From: an uncultured Acidobacteriota bacterium
GTDB taxonomy: Bacteria; Acidobacteriota; UBA6911; RPQK01; JAPXNP01
NCBI GenBank assembly: GCA_963777605.1
Contig: CAVZRV010000029.1
Span: forward strand, 446,690-510,689
Direction: 5' to 3'
DNA: 64,000 nt
The notes under the pieces are model-generated. The model was not told the origin of the DNA. It was given only the letters and a program-made list of their open reading frames with translations, and did no database searches. Within the stretch, counting starts at the first letter, position 1, and each line of letters starts with the position of its first letter. A program made the position numbers and the translations under genes. Below, one piece after another: positions 31,807-42,049 of the stretch.

Positions 31807-33141
31807 ATGAATATTCACAAGGTTTTCTTTCTGGTGGGCAGTGTCTTTGCCCTGCTCTCTGCTGTTGCGCTAAGCCCCGTTCATGCAGAGGTCCGGACAA
31901 CGACGCCCGATGCCTTCAGTCAGGACTCTGTCAGCCTGGATTTCTCAAAAGCCACGCTCCTGAACTTCGTCCAAGGGGGCGGGGAAGGTCCCGAGGCCAC
32001 TGATCTCCTGGCGGACTGGGGGATTCGGCTGGCCGGATCTCAGGGGGCGATTCCAACAGTGACCTGGTGGACTCCCAAGCCGCCACCGAACGTCCTGCCT
32101 CGCTATGATTTCGTTGCCGAGTTGGCGGCCGACAATGCTGACGAGGATCCGGTTCTGGTCATCGAATCGGTCCACCCTTTGGTCCGGATCGGATTGCATT
32201 TGGCGAATGACTCGGAGGCGGAATCCGGAGGCCGGCTCCCGGTCACTTTCACGGTTCAGGACGCCGCAGGAGCGGAACTGGGCAGGATTGAGACGACCAT
32301 TCCGCGAGGCTCCTCGTCTGTCGTTCTGGAAGACAGCAACCAGGTGCCCTTCTCCAGGGTGACGGTCGACTACGGAGACGGCGAGCCGGAGAAACTCCTC
32401 GGAGTCCAACTGGACTTTGTCGACCGGCCTGTTTTCAAGACCTATCTGGCCCATATCGGCGACGGCAAGCTCCCGAGTGGGGAGAGCCTGAAAAGCTCGA
32501 TCGTCATCACCAATCTCAGCACCTCTACCGCCGAGGGATCCATCGAATTCTTCGACGACGAGGGGGAACCGCTCGACATGGAGACACCTTGGGGAACCTG
32601 GCGGAACCGGATTGATTTTTCCATTTCAGAACGATCCTCGGCGTACTGGATAACGGCAGGCATGACCTATTCGATCCGGGCCGGCTCGGCTCACATCACG
32701 ACCAATGTGCCGGTTTCGGCCGCGATCCGCTTTTCGAGCTTCCATCCAAACCAGGAGGTGATCGCCGAGGCCGGCATCGCGTCGAGTCGGGCGGAACAGG
32801 CTTTGCTCGCTCCGGTCTCCAAGCATTCCTTCTCAGGGTTCGTGGGAGGAGGCCTCCCACCTCCGAAGCCCTACTCCACCGCGATCGCGATCGCCAATCT
32901 TGCGGATGAAACGGTTGAGATTCGGCTCTGGGGCCCCTTGGGCGGCTCGGACGTCGAGAGAGAACTCCCTCCCCGTGGTCATCTCGCCGAGTTTGTGGAG
33001 GAGCTGTTTCCCGCCATGGAGGATGCCGATCTGGACGGTGTCGTTCAGATCTGGGCCTCTCAACCGATCGCGGTCACCGTGCTTCACACTCGAGACGGCT
33101 ATGCACACGCAAGTCTACCCGCTACGGGGAGGATCAGATGA
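31807..33141 (+). CDS. secreted protein with shared C-terminal domain (paralog 4)
   Basis: Signal peptide; motifs LLADWGIRL, YLAHIGDG, EAGI, TAIAIAN, EFVEELFP and LHTRDGYAHASLPA. Confidence 0.85.
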   Translation: MNIHKVFFLVGSVFALLSAVALSPVHAEVRTTTPDAFSQDSVSLDFSKATLLNFVQGGGEGPEATDLLADWGIRLAGSQGAIPTVTWWTPKPPPNVLPRYDFVAELAADNADEDPVLVIESVHPLVRIGLHLANDSEAESGGRLPVTFTVQDAAGAELGRIETTIPRGSSSVVLEDSNQVPFSRVTVDYGDGEPEKLLGVQLDFVDRPVFKTYLAHIGDGKLPSGESLKSSIVITNLSTSTAEGSIEFFDDEGEPLDMETPWGTWRNRIDFSISERSSAYWITAGMTYSIRAGSAHITTNVPVSAAIRFSSFHPNQEVIAEAGIASSRAEQALLAPVSKHSFSGFVGGGLPPPKPYSTAIAIANLADETVEIRLWGPLGGSDVERELPPRGHLAEFVEELFPAMEDADLDGVVQIWASQPIAVTVLHTRDGYAHASLPATGRIR

Positions 33142-33761
33142 ACAGGATACTGACTACCGCGCTTTTGACCACACTCCTGACCGGTGCCGCGCTGTTGGGA
33201 CAGAATCTCGGTGACCAGGCGACCGCGGGTTTTAACGACTCGCGCACCTACCTCAATTCGGACGCCGGGGACTTCAAGCCTCCGCTCGAACTGAACCGGA
33301 CCTTGAGCCTTCCGGAAGGGACGACGGCTCAAACCCTGTCGGTCTTCGAGGACTACGTGCTGATCGGCCAGGGGGGAGAGGCGGCGCACTACTCCTTGCT
33401 CGACAGCGAGACGGGCGCGGAGGTCTGGAGATTCGATCTTCCAACCAATACCCCCGACACCCTCGATTACGTCCCGGCCATCAACGGAGACATCGTACTG
33501 CTGGGCGGGTCCACGAGCACGTCGGTGACGGCGGTGGAGGTCTCGACTGGGAACGTCCTCTGGCAGGACGACCGGGTTGGTTCGTCGGACGGACGCTTCC
33601 CTCTGCTCCTGGATGACCTGGCCCTGTATTCCGGTGAATGGGGCGTGGTCGCTGCCAGGCCCAGTGACGGAACGCTCGTTTCGGAGATTCCGGTTGTCGT
33701 CACGGCATTACGAACTCAAAACGGCTACCCCATGTCGAGTTACCCGGTCGGAATTCCATGA
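33138..33761 (+). pseudogene. secreted PQQ-type beta-propeller protein, internally deleted, retaining only the last strands of the shared C-terminal domain
   Basis: Signal peptide; propeller blades LDSETGAEVWRF and VEVSTGNVLWQ; ends PVVVTALRTQNGYPMSSYPVG. Confidence 0.7.
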
Positions 33762-33838
33762 TCGCAGACAGAGCCAGCGCACTGTCTTGGGGGCTCTCGC
33801 AGGAGGTGGCGTGTGCTGAGGTATCGGTAACGGGATCG

Positions 33839-34540
33839 ATGGAGTTCGGGTCAGCCCCGCCCCCGGTGGCACTGGGCCATTCCGAGAGTGAAACAGTGTT
33901 CGGAACGGGAACCGCCGGGCAAGCTGCCCGGCTGCCATGCCAGGCAGGGCTGCCTGGATTACACTTCACCGCCCGAGCCAGTTCATCCAGGGATGAAGTT
34001 CCAAGTGAGTCCCGCCCCCGCGCTTTCCTCGGATCATTCAAAGAGTGAAACTGGCAGAGCGGCTCCAGACCAGCGCGCCAACGGCGCAAGGTCATTTCCA
34101 GCCCGGCGGCAACGCCCCGGGAATTCGAGGCCAGGCAACAGTGCAGCACTGAAAGTGCGATTCGATTTGCCCCGGCCACGTGACCAGCCCACCAGCCGTA
34201 TCGCAGTCAGGGAGAAGCCCGCTCGGTGAATCGCCGCCTTCCGCTGGGCATCTTTCGAATTGAATCGCGCTTACAGCGCTGCTTTGTCATCCGAGTCGAC
34301 GTTGGTCCCGGGGCGGGCTGCCCCGGGCTGGAAATGAGCCTGCACCTTCGGGTGCGCGATACCTGCCGTGGGCCCGATTTCGCAGCCTCCGCATGTCCGC
34401 TTACCGCCAGAACTCCAGCCTATTCTCGATGCTCGATTCCCGCGTCCCGATTCCTCCTCCGGTCTCCGGTCTCTGGCTTCTTGAAGTTTCAGGTCTGACC
34501 ATGCTTGTCGGCACCAAGCGGGGCACTGCAGGATCCCTTC
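33839..34540 (-). repeat. composite repeat element, copy 2 (inverted): 61-bp units at 33839-33896, 33994-34054 and a degenerate one at ~34482-34540; REPIN-like palindrome at 34075-34355
   Basis: The reverse complement of 33994-34054 matches 15929-15989 at 53/61 positions (manual alignment). Confidence 0.8.
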
Positions 34541-34548
34541 ACCGATTC

Positions 34549-35877
34549 TCACTCGGTCACACTGGTTCGGTGGCGCGCCAGCGGCAGGCTCGAGGAGACG
34601 ACGCCACGGATGGTGCGAAGGCTTGTTGCCACGATCTCCTGCTCACCCACGATTTCCAGCGTTCCGGAGATCGTCCGGCTTGGGAACTCGCCCACCAACT
34701 CGTCAATAAACCAGGCGCGCTGCTCTCCGGGCTCCAATGTAACCGTCAGGTCGTGACGTTCAAAGGTTGGGTGAACCACGAACGAGAAGTGCACCTGCGT
34801 CGGTTCATTGGACGGGTTTGCCACTGCCAGTGCCGTGTTCGTCGCTTCCTCGAAATTCGCCCGGAAGGGGCCGTAAAAGCGATAGCCCGGCGTTGCGCCC
34901 TCGATACCCGCTTCCGAAACAGGGTTGCCGTCCGCATCCAGAATCCGGTAGATGGCCGCCAACTCCAGGGGATAGTCCGAGGTGGCGCAGACGTAGCCCT
35001 GTTCCAGGCTTGCGGGGGTCGCGCTCGTCTGCACGAATCTGGACTGCATCGCGCCGATCACATAGCGAATTTCAGGGTCTTCTCCCTCGATTGCCTGCCA
35101 CGGGGCACCTGAGGAGCGAAAGAACTCGACCGACATGGAGGCCGTGGAATCCCCGATATTGTAATTCCGTATCCCCGAATTGGTGACGCTGACTTGCGTT
35201 TGAAGGGCCCGGTCTCCCTCGCCAAACGGACCCGAGGCGACCTGCGCGACGCACCGGCGAAAGACGGGAGGATCGGTGAACTCTGCGAACAGGTAAAAGA
35301 GCGCTTCGGGCTCATTCGGATCATCAAAGCCAATCTCAATGCGGCGGATTTCCTCGTCTTCTGGAGCCTCGAAACGAAACGGGGCGTCCAGGGAGTTCAA
35401 ATGGTACTCAGAGGAGAACGTCCTCATTTTCTCCTCGACTGCTGTCCCATCCCGGCCGAACCAGACCGCAGTCGCGGCGACTTCCTTGTCCGAGCCCACT
35501 CCGATCCATACTTGGCGGACCGGGGAGTTGAACGTCAGTACGAGAGCTCCGGCTGCGTTTCCTTGGTTCAAAATCGCTGAAGCAGGTTCCGGCGTGTATT
35601 GCTCATAGGCCAGGAAACTCTCCAAGGTAGCCATCACCGGAACACTTCCCGACGTACTGGACACGGTGATTCCCCAGTCGATGAAGAGGTCGCCCGCAGG
35701 GCCACCGTCCGCGATCGGTGGGGGAATCAATACCAAAGGCTCCTCGCGATATAGTTGCATCGATGGGGCTCCGCGAACCGAAGTGACGATCAGGCAAAGG
35801 GCCCCGACAGCGATCGCTAATCGAGTGAAAGTAACGTTCACCCTATGGGTTCCATTTTTCATACTGAAGTGTGTCAC
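34549..35877 (-). CDS. secreted protein with shared C-terminal domain (paralog 5)
   Basis: GTG start with RBS aggaga; motifs LFIDWGITVS, EAGI, TNTALAVAN and LRTIRGVVSSSLPLAR. Confidence 0.85.
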   Translation of the reverse strand: MTHFSMKNGTHRVNVTFTRLAIAVGALCLIVTSVRGAPSMQLYREEPLVLIPPPIADGGPAGDLFIDWGITVSSTSGSVPVMATLESFLAYEQYTPEPASAILNQGNAAGALVLTFNSPVRQVWIGVGSDKEVAATAVWFGRDGTAVEEKMRTFSSEYHLNSLDAPFRFEAPEDEEIRRIEIGFDDPNEPEALFYLFAEFTDPPVFRRCVAQVASGPFGEGDRALQTQVSVTNSGIRNYNIGDSTASMSVEFFRSSGAPWQAIEGEDPEIRYVIGAMQSRFVQTSATPASLEQGYVCATSDYPLELAAIYRILDADGNPVSEAGIEGATPGYRFYGPFRANFEEATNTALAVANPSNEPTQVHFSFVVHPTFERHDLTVTLEPGEQRAWFIDELVGEFPSRTISGTLEIVGEQEIVATSLRTIRGVVSSSLPLARHRTSVTE

Positions 35878-36080
35878 CTTGTTCTCCTCTTTGGATCCGA
35901 AACTGCAAAGCGATCTGCAAGCTGGGCGCTGCACCTCGTCTCCACGCCAGCAGGATTGTCGCCCTGCCGGACCAATCTTGGATCCCGATTCCTGAACCAC
36001 TGTCTCTTGCGCAGTATCTGTCCTTCTGAACGGACCGGCCTTGATCCTCACGCTGTAAGAGGCCGCTTGTGAGCTCGGCC

Positions 36081-37389
36081 TTACCGGGCCTGTGAGGTAA
36101 CTGATCTGCCCAGCGGGAGGCTGGAAGAAACGATGCCTCGGATGGTGCGCAGGCTGGTCGCGGCGATCTGCTGATCGGAGACGATCTCGAAACCTCCCTC
36201 AACGTCCTGGTCCGAGAAATCCGACAGCAGTTCATCCACAAACCACGCCCCCTGAGCGCCCGGTTCCAGCGTCCGGGTCACCTCTCTGTGGTGGGGGGAC
36301 GACGGAACGTTGAAGGTGATTGTGATTGTCGTCGGACCGTCCGAGATATTTGCGATCGCCAGGGCGGTATTTGTTTTCTCGAGAACATCTTTCTGAAAAG
36401 GTCCGAAAAAGCGGTAACCCGGGGTCGTTCCCTGGATGCCGGCCTCGGAGACCGGTCCTCCTTGTTCATTCAGAATTCGATAGACCGCGGCAACTACAAT
36501 GGGGTATCGGGAACTGACACAGACATACCCGGTATCCAGTCCTGAACCTGAATTCACCGTGTGCGCGATTTCCGACCTCACCTCATTGAGTTCGAAATCG
36601 GCAGGATTGCCCGATGCCCAGTCCAAAACCAGCGGCGATATCGCTCCGGTGGGATCCAGAATCTCCGATCGTACCGGGGAGATCACCTCCCATTGCGAAC
36701 CTGTAACCGCGCCACTCGTGAAGCTCAGTTGCGTCTGCAGGGTGTGGTTGGTTCCCGTAATCGGACCGTGGGCGACCTGGGCGACACAACTCCGAAAGAC
36801 GGGTAGTTCGACGAAATCAACCATCAGCATAAACAGAGCTTCGGGAGCCTCAGGATTGGCGTAGTCAATGGTGGCTCGACGAATCCTCGCCCTCCACGTC
36901 CTCGAATGCGTGCAAGAAAGGCCAGCCATAGTCGTCCACGTGGATTTCCACGACTTCTTCGCCCAGCTGCAGTCCGTCGGCGTCGAAGTAACTCACCGTC
37001 GCATCGGTACGGAATGCCGCTGCCAGGTAGACCGCAAAACTCCGAACCGGAGTTTCGAAATTGATCACGAGCGCTCCCGCATCTTCTGTGAGCGTTCCGT
37101 TAAGTATCACCGTCTCATCAATCCGGATCAGCTGGTCAAAAGGGATGACAGCCCGGATCCCGCTCACCGGCCAGGCTCCGCTCTCACTCGAAAATTTGAT
37201 TCCCCACTGGGAGAAAAGGTTGCTGGCATCCGATCCTTCGGGCTGTGGAGGTGGGATGAGATCCACTCGATCTTCGGAGTACATAATTGCCTGGGCTTGC
37301 GCCGAAGCTATTGCCGTTGCCATCAAGATCCCAACCCACAGTAGTCCCCGCAGCAACACTAGTCTCGATGCTCTCCTCTTCCGGTCCAT
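36081..37389 (-). CDS. secreted protein with shared C-terminal domain (paralog 6), one frameshift near 36870
   Basis: ORFs 36865-37389 and 36081-36929; motifs LFSQWGIKFS, TNTALAIAN and LRTIRGIVSSSLPLGR. Confidence 0.82.
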
Positions 37390-37772
37390 TCAGCTCCTCC
37401 AATTCCCCCCCAGTCCGTTTCAACTCACCTTCTCTCTTGTCAGGCTCGCGTCCTATATCCTGCCACTGGGACTACGAGAGCGAAAGGAGAAAGACTCGGC
37501 GTCTCGGCCCGGCCCCGCGCATCGAGGAGGCAGTTGTTCGGGTCTCTTGAATGTCCCAAGCGGTCGATCGCACTCACAACTTGGATCGGACCCATACTTC
37601 GGTTGAGGGACTGACGGCAATCCATCGAACGAACCAGTTCGAGGAATCCCGATAAATCTCCCGGGAAGCGAAAGCTTCCTTCGTGATACCGCGTCAGGTA
37701 ATTTCCGACAAGATTCACCGGTTGGCCTCCGAAAGCAGCGCGGGAGGGCTGGGCGCCGTGAGTCGACAACGC

Positions 37773-40700
37773 TCAGTCTGCACTGCCGGCGATCACGGGG
37801 AAGGTGGTCAGAGCTGGAACTTCGGCAGGAAACTCCAGTGCCGGATCGTCATGAGTCCTCAACGTGACCGCTACCACCCCAACGTCACTCTCAAGCTGTC
37901 AGAACCCCTTGCATTTCAGATGTCTCGGGAATATGGGGAAGAGCTCGTGTACAAATCTTGACTGCTGAGAGTAAAGGGGTAAGGTCAGCGACTTCTCACC
38001 AAGCAAGACGAATTGAGTGTCGTATAGTCTCAGCCGCAGGTGCGTCTCCAGTTCGGGAGTTGCCGACGTGTCCTGCCCGTTGGCAAAGGCGATCCCGGTA
38101 TTCCGGTTGCCCAGTGAATCCACGAAAAGGCTGAACCTCTTGAGCGGTTTCATCAACGGCAGACCGGCTTCGTAGAGAACGGTGCCCGTTGGAAGATCCA
38201 CACCCGTGTAGACCGCGGTCCCAGCCACCTTCTCCAGGGCTTGCACGCGGACGTGTCCGACCTGAAGGTTCCCTGTCCCGGAACTGACCAGAGTGCGGCT
38301 CTCACCCCTTTTGAGAGCGAGGCTGAACCTGGATCTCTTTCCAAGGGATCCCAGAGTCACTTCCATGGGATTCCCTCCCGTATCGAAGAAATCGATGTTG
38401 GCTCCAGAATCCAGGCCAGTATTGACGAGGGTGAGACTGGTTCGAACGCCGAGGTTGCCCTGATTCCCATTAGCAAACTGAGCCAAGTAGTAGTGCGTGG
38501 GTATCAGCTGGTTTGTGTTCGTGATGTGCTCCGGGCTCGAAGAAATAACAGGAAACGTTGTAAGACTTGGGACAGAGAGCGGAAACGGCTTGTGCGAGTC
38601 GTAGAGCATGCGAAGGGTTGTCAATGCGAGAGGGCGACTACTCTCCAGAGTCACGGCCCCTCGCATTTCTGACACCTGTGGTGCACCCAGAAACATCTCT
38701 GGAAGGAACTGAGCGAGATACTCGCCTGGGCCGAGCGTCGGTGACTCCGTTGACTGGAGTACGTATTGTTCATTGTAGAGATGGACTACCGGGGAAGAAT
38801 CGCCTCGAAAGAGGGTAGTCTGCGGATCGCCGGTGGCAGTATTAACAATCGCGAGACCGGTATCACTCTTCTGGAACGTGTCAACAAGAAGCGTCGCTTC
38901 GAATTGGGGTTCGACCAATGGGACACCGGCTTCAAAGAGGGTCTTTCCTGAAGGAACATCAATCCCTGAAAACACGGTCGTTCCTCCGACCGTTCCGAAG
39001 ACGGTCACCCTGCAGTAGCCCGTCCGCAGGATTCCGAGACCACTACTTTCAAGGGACCGCGCATGTCCACGGGGGAGTTCCAGCTCCATCGTTGCCTTCG
39101 GTCCGATGCCTTCAAAGTCAATGGGCATGGCCTGATAGGTACGGTCGAAGAACTCGAGTTCAGCCCGGGCATCGTCTCCTGTGTTCACCAGCATCAGGCT
39201 CGTTTTCAGACCAAGTTGTCCATCGTTGCCATCGCCAACATGCGGAACATAAACGACCACGGGTGGCTTCTGCCGCCCTGAGACTGACCTGAGTTCCGAA
39301 CCCGAAAAAGCCGAGATCGTGAATCCCCGCTTCCAGTCATGACGGCTTCCAATTGTGTACGCGAACGAAGCCTCTATTTGACCAGTTGCGATGGTTAATC
39401 GAGGAGGAACTTGTATGCCCCTCTCATCGGTAGTCAACAGAATTTCGACCGGGGCAGAATAGGGCTTTGACAGTCGTATCCGTGCGTAACCTCTCGTTCC
39501 TTCGACGCTCGGGTTCAGTAGCTCAAACTCAAAGGAAGGACCCTGCTCCCCACGAATTACACCGACCGAACCGTTACGGATTTCCACTAGATCCGAGAAG
39601 CCATCCCCATCCAAGTCCGAAACGTACTCCGGCGTGTTCAGTTCGTTGAAATCATAAGACCATTGGGACTGTACGAAAGCGCCGTCCCCCACACCCAGCA
39701 GGAATTGGACAAACGAACGGCTGTAATCGTCGGCGCGGTGTTGAAACGCGGCAATGTCCACAGCGCCGTCCCCATTGAAATCACCAACGCGGGGGCCGTA
39801 TCGCCATGTGCCCCCTGGGAGGAAGGCGACTCCGTCGAACGGCGCGTATACGGCTGTCTTGCGAAAGGTCCCGTCTTTCTGGCCGATATAGATTTCAAAC
39901 TCGGGGATCGTCGGCTCTGGATAGTCCGTGGAGAAGTCTTTCGACGTGATGAGATCGGTCTGCCCATCCCCGTTCACGTCGGCCATGGCAAAGGGCCGGA
40001 ACTCCTCGAACAGCACCTTGGGTGCCCGAAACGTGCCGTCTCCGTTTCCGATGAGTTCAAACAGCGTGTGGTTTTGGTAGGGGACCTCATTCGTAAACGT
40101 CCAGACCAGGAGGTCCGGCTTACCGTCGTGGTTGAAATCGCCGGCTTCAAATCCGTGAGGCCAGTACTTCCCCGACGGTCCAAAGGCCAGCTTGCTTCTT
40201 TGACGAAACGTTCCATCCCCGCTTCCACGAAATACGACCACTCGCTGGGCGCCCGGAGACGTGTCAGCGGTTGCATCGGCAGTGGCCGCGTCCAGGAATC
40301 CGTCTCGATCGAAGTCAGCAACGACGGTAGTCGACCGTCCCCGTCAACATGGGACACGGTGGTCGGGCCGAACCGCCCCTCTCCGAGACCCGGCACAAAG
40401 GCCAAAAAGCGCGATCCAGGGGACATGTTCCCAAATCTCCCCACCATCAATAAATCCAGATTGCCCGAATTTCGGAAGTCCGCCAGAACTGCATCTCCGA
40501 TGGGGCCCTCTCGATGTGTCTCTGACTCGACCCTGGAGTCGAATCTTCCATTCGCACCGGCGAGCATCGCGACGATATGATTGGGGCTATCGGCATTGTC
40601 CTCGACGTATAGGATGTCTCCTCGATTATCACGGTCCAGGTCTCGGAGCAGGAGTACACTTGGAGCCTCGACTCCACCGATTCCCCCAGGGTTGCCGAAG

Positions 40701-42007
40701 AAACGACCATCCTGGTTCTGGAAGAGCGAGACTCGGTCAGTCGTCTGGTCGACAGTCACAACATCCGTGAGTCCGTCTCCATCGAGGTCTCCAAAACCGG
40801 CGGACACCATTTGGGGCTGTCCTCGGTACACCCTTGGGATGCTGAATTCTCCGCCTCCATGGCCAAAGGAAACGGAAAGACGAGAGCCGACAACGGCCAA
40901 ATCAAGAAGCCCGTCTTGATCGATGTCTGACAGATAGCTCCTCAAGGCCTTCACACCGGATCGTGAAATTTCTCCTTCCAGGAAATGCCCGTCGCACGTG
41001 CCCCGGCGTCGAACTACGGTGCCCGAATAAAACGTCGCGATAACATCCTCACACCCATCTCCGTCCAGGTCTCCAGTGGCAACACTGGTCAAGGGGTCCC
41101 ACGGTGGAGAAGGCAGTAACTCCTGATCTCTTGTGAATCGACCGTTCCCGTCATTTGTGTAGGTCACAGCGCCCAGCGACGGTCCACCTCCGACAAGGTC
41201 AAGATCGGAGTCACTATCGAAGTCGCCGGCAGCCACATGATCGATGCTGGTCCATAGCCCGGCTGTGAACTGCAGGTCTGAAAACGTAGAATCTCCGTTC
41301 CCCTTGAGGAGTGCTAGGCCATTCTGGATGTTAAAAGTATCCGGCCATCTCCTTTCGCCGAATGAGTTCAAGTAGAAGACTGCGATGTCAACCAGACCGT
41401 CGCCAGTGAAGTCCGCTGAGACAGTTCCCGCGCAGCGGGCGAAGACCGGATAGGAAGCTTCCTCCTGGAAAGTCCCGTCTCCGTTGCCGATAAGAACACC
41501 CACCGTACGAGAATCTATCTGGCAGACGACCAAGTCCTCGTAACCATCACCCTGGACGTCTACGGCCTCGATCGACAAAGGGGAGATGCCTTTGAGCCGT
41601 TGGACTGCAGGAGGGTCGAATTTCCCATCTCCCTGTCCGAAGAACAATGAAAGGCTGTCCTCCCAACCGCTTGTGACGGCGAAGTCGGTGATACCATCCT
41701 GGTTAAAGTCTGCAACCGCGACATCCGTAGGAACGAAGCCGGTGGAGATACTGGGGCGCGTTTCCAGCCCGGGAGGCTTCAAATCCTTGGCTCCATATTT
41801 GACGCTATCGTCGGAAAGGGATTCGGAACGAGCAAGTGAGCCGTTCCACTGAAGGGTTGGGGGCGTCTTCTTGTCACTCGAGTCGGACTTCCCGATAAAT
41901 CGATGCGATCGGGAGACCTCTGCCTCTCCCCGAACGGTGATGAGCGCGGAAGGGTCGGGCCCGATAGATCCCAGAAAAACCAACAAGCTACAAATCAGAC
42001 TGCGCAT
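37773..42007 (-). CDS. large secreted FG-GAP/VCBS-repeat protein with two tandem shared C-terminal domains; frameshifts near 40250-40350 and 37900
   Basis: Many DFNxDGxxD repeats; two domains starting YVPHVGDG and YLAQFANG; final frame reads ...VAVTLRTHDDPALEFPAEVPALTTFPVIAGSAD* (stop at 37773). Confidence 0.82.
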
Positions 42008-42049
42008 TTGGCTACCTCAACGGTTCCCCCAGGTTGAGTTCTTCCACCA

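Noticed and set aside
24659-37389. Diversity-generating retroelement acting on the paralogs
   Set aside because: There is no reverse transcriptase, and no near-identical TR/VR pair differing only at adenines. Differences look like ordinary synonymous divergence.
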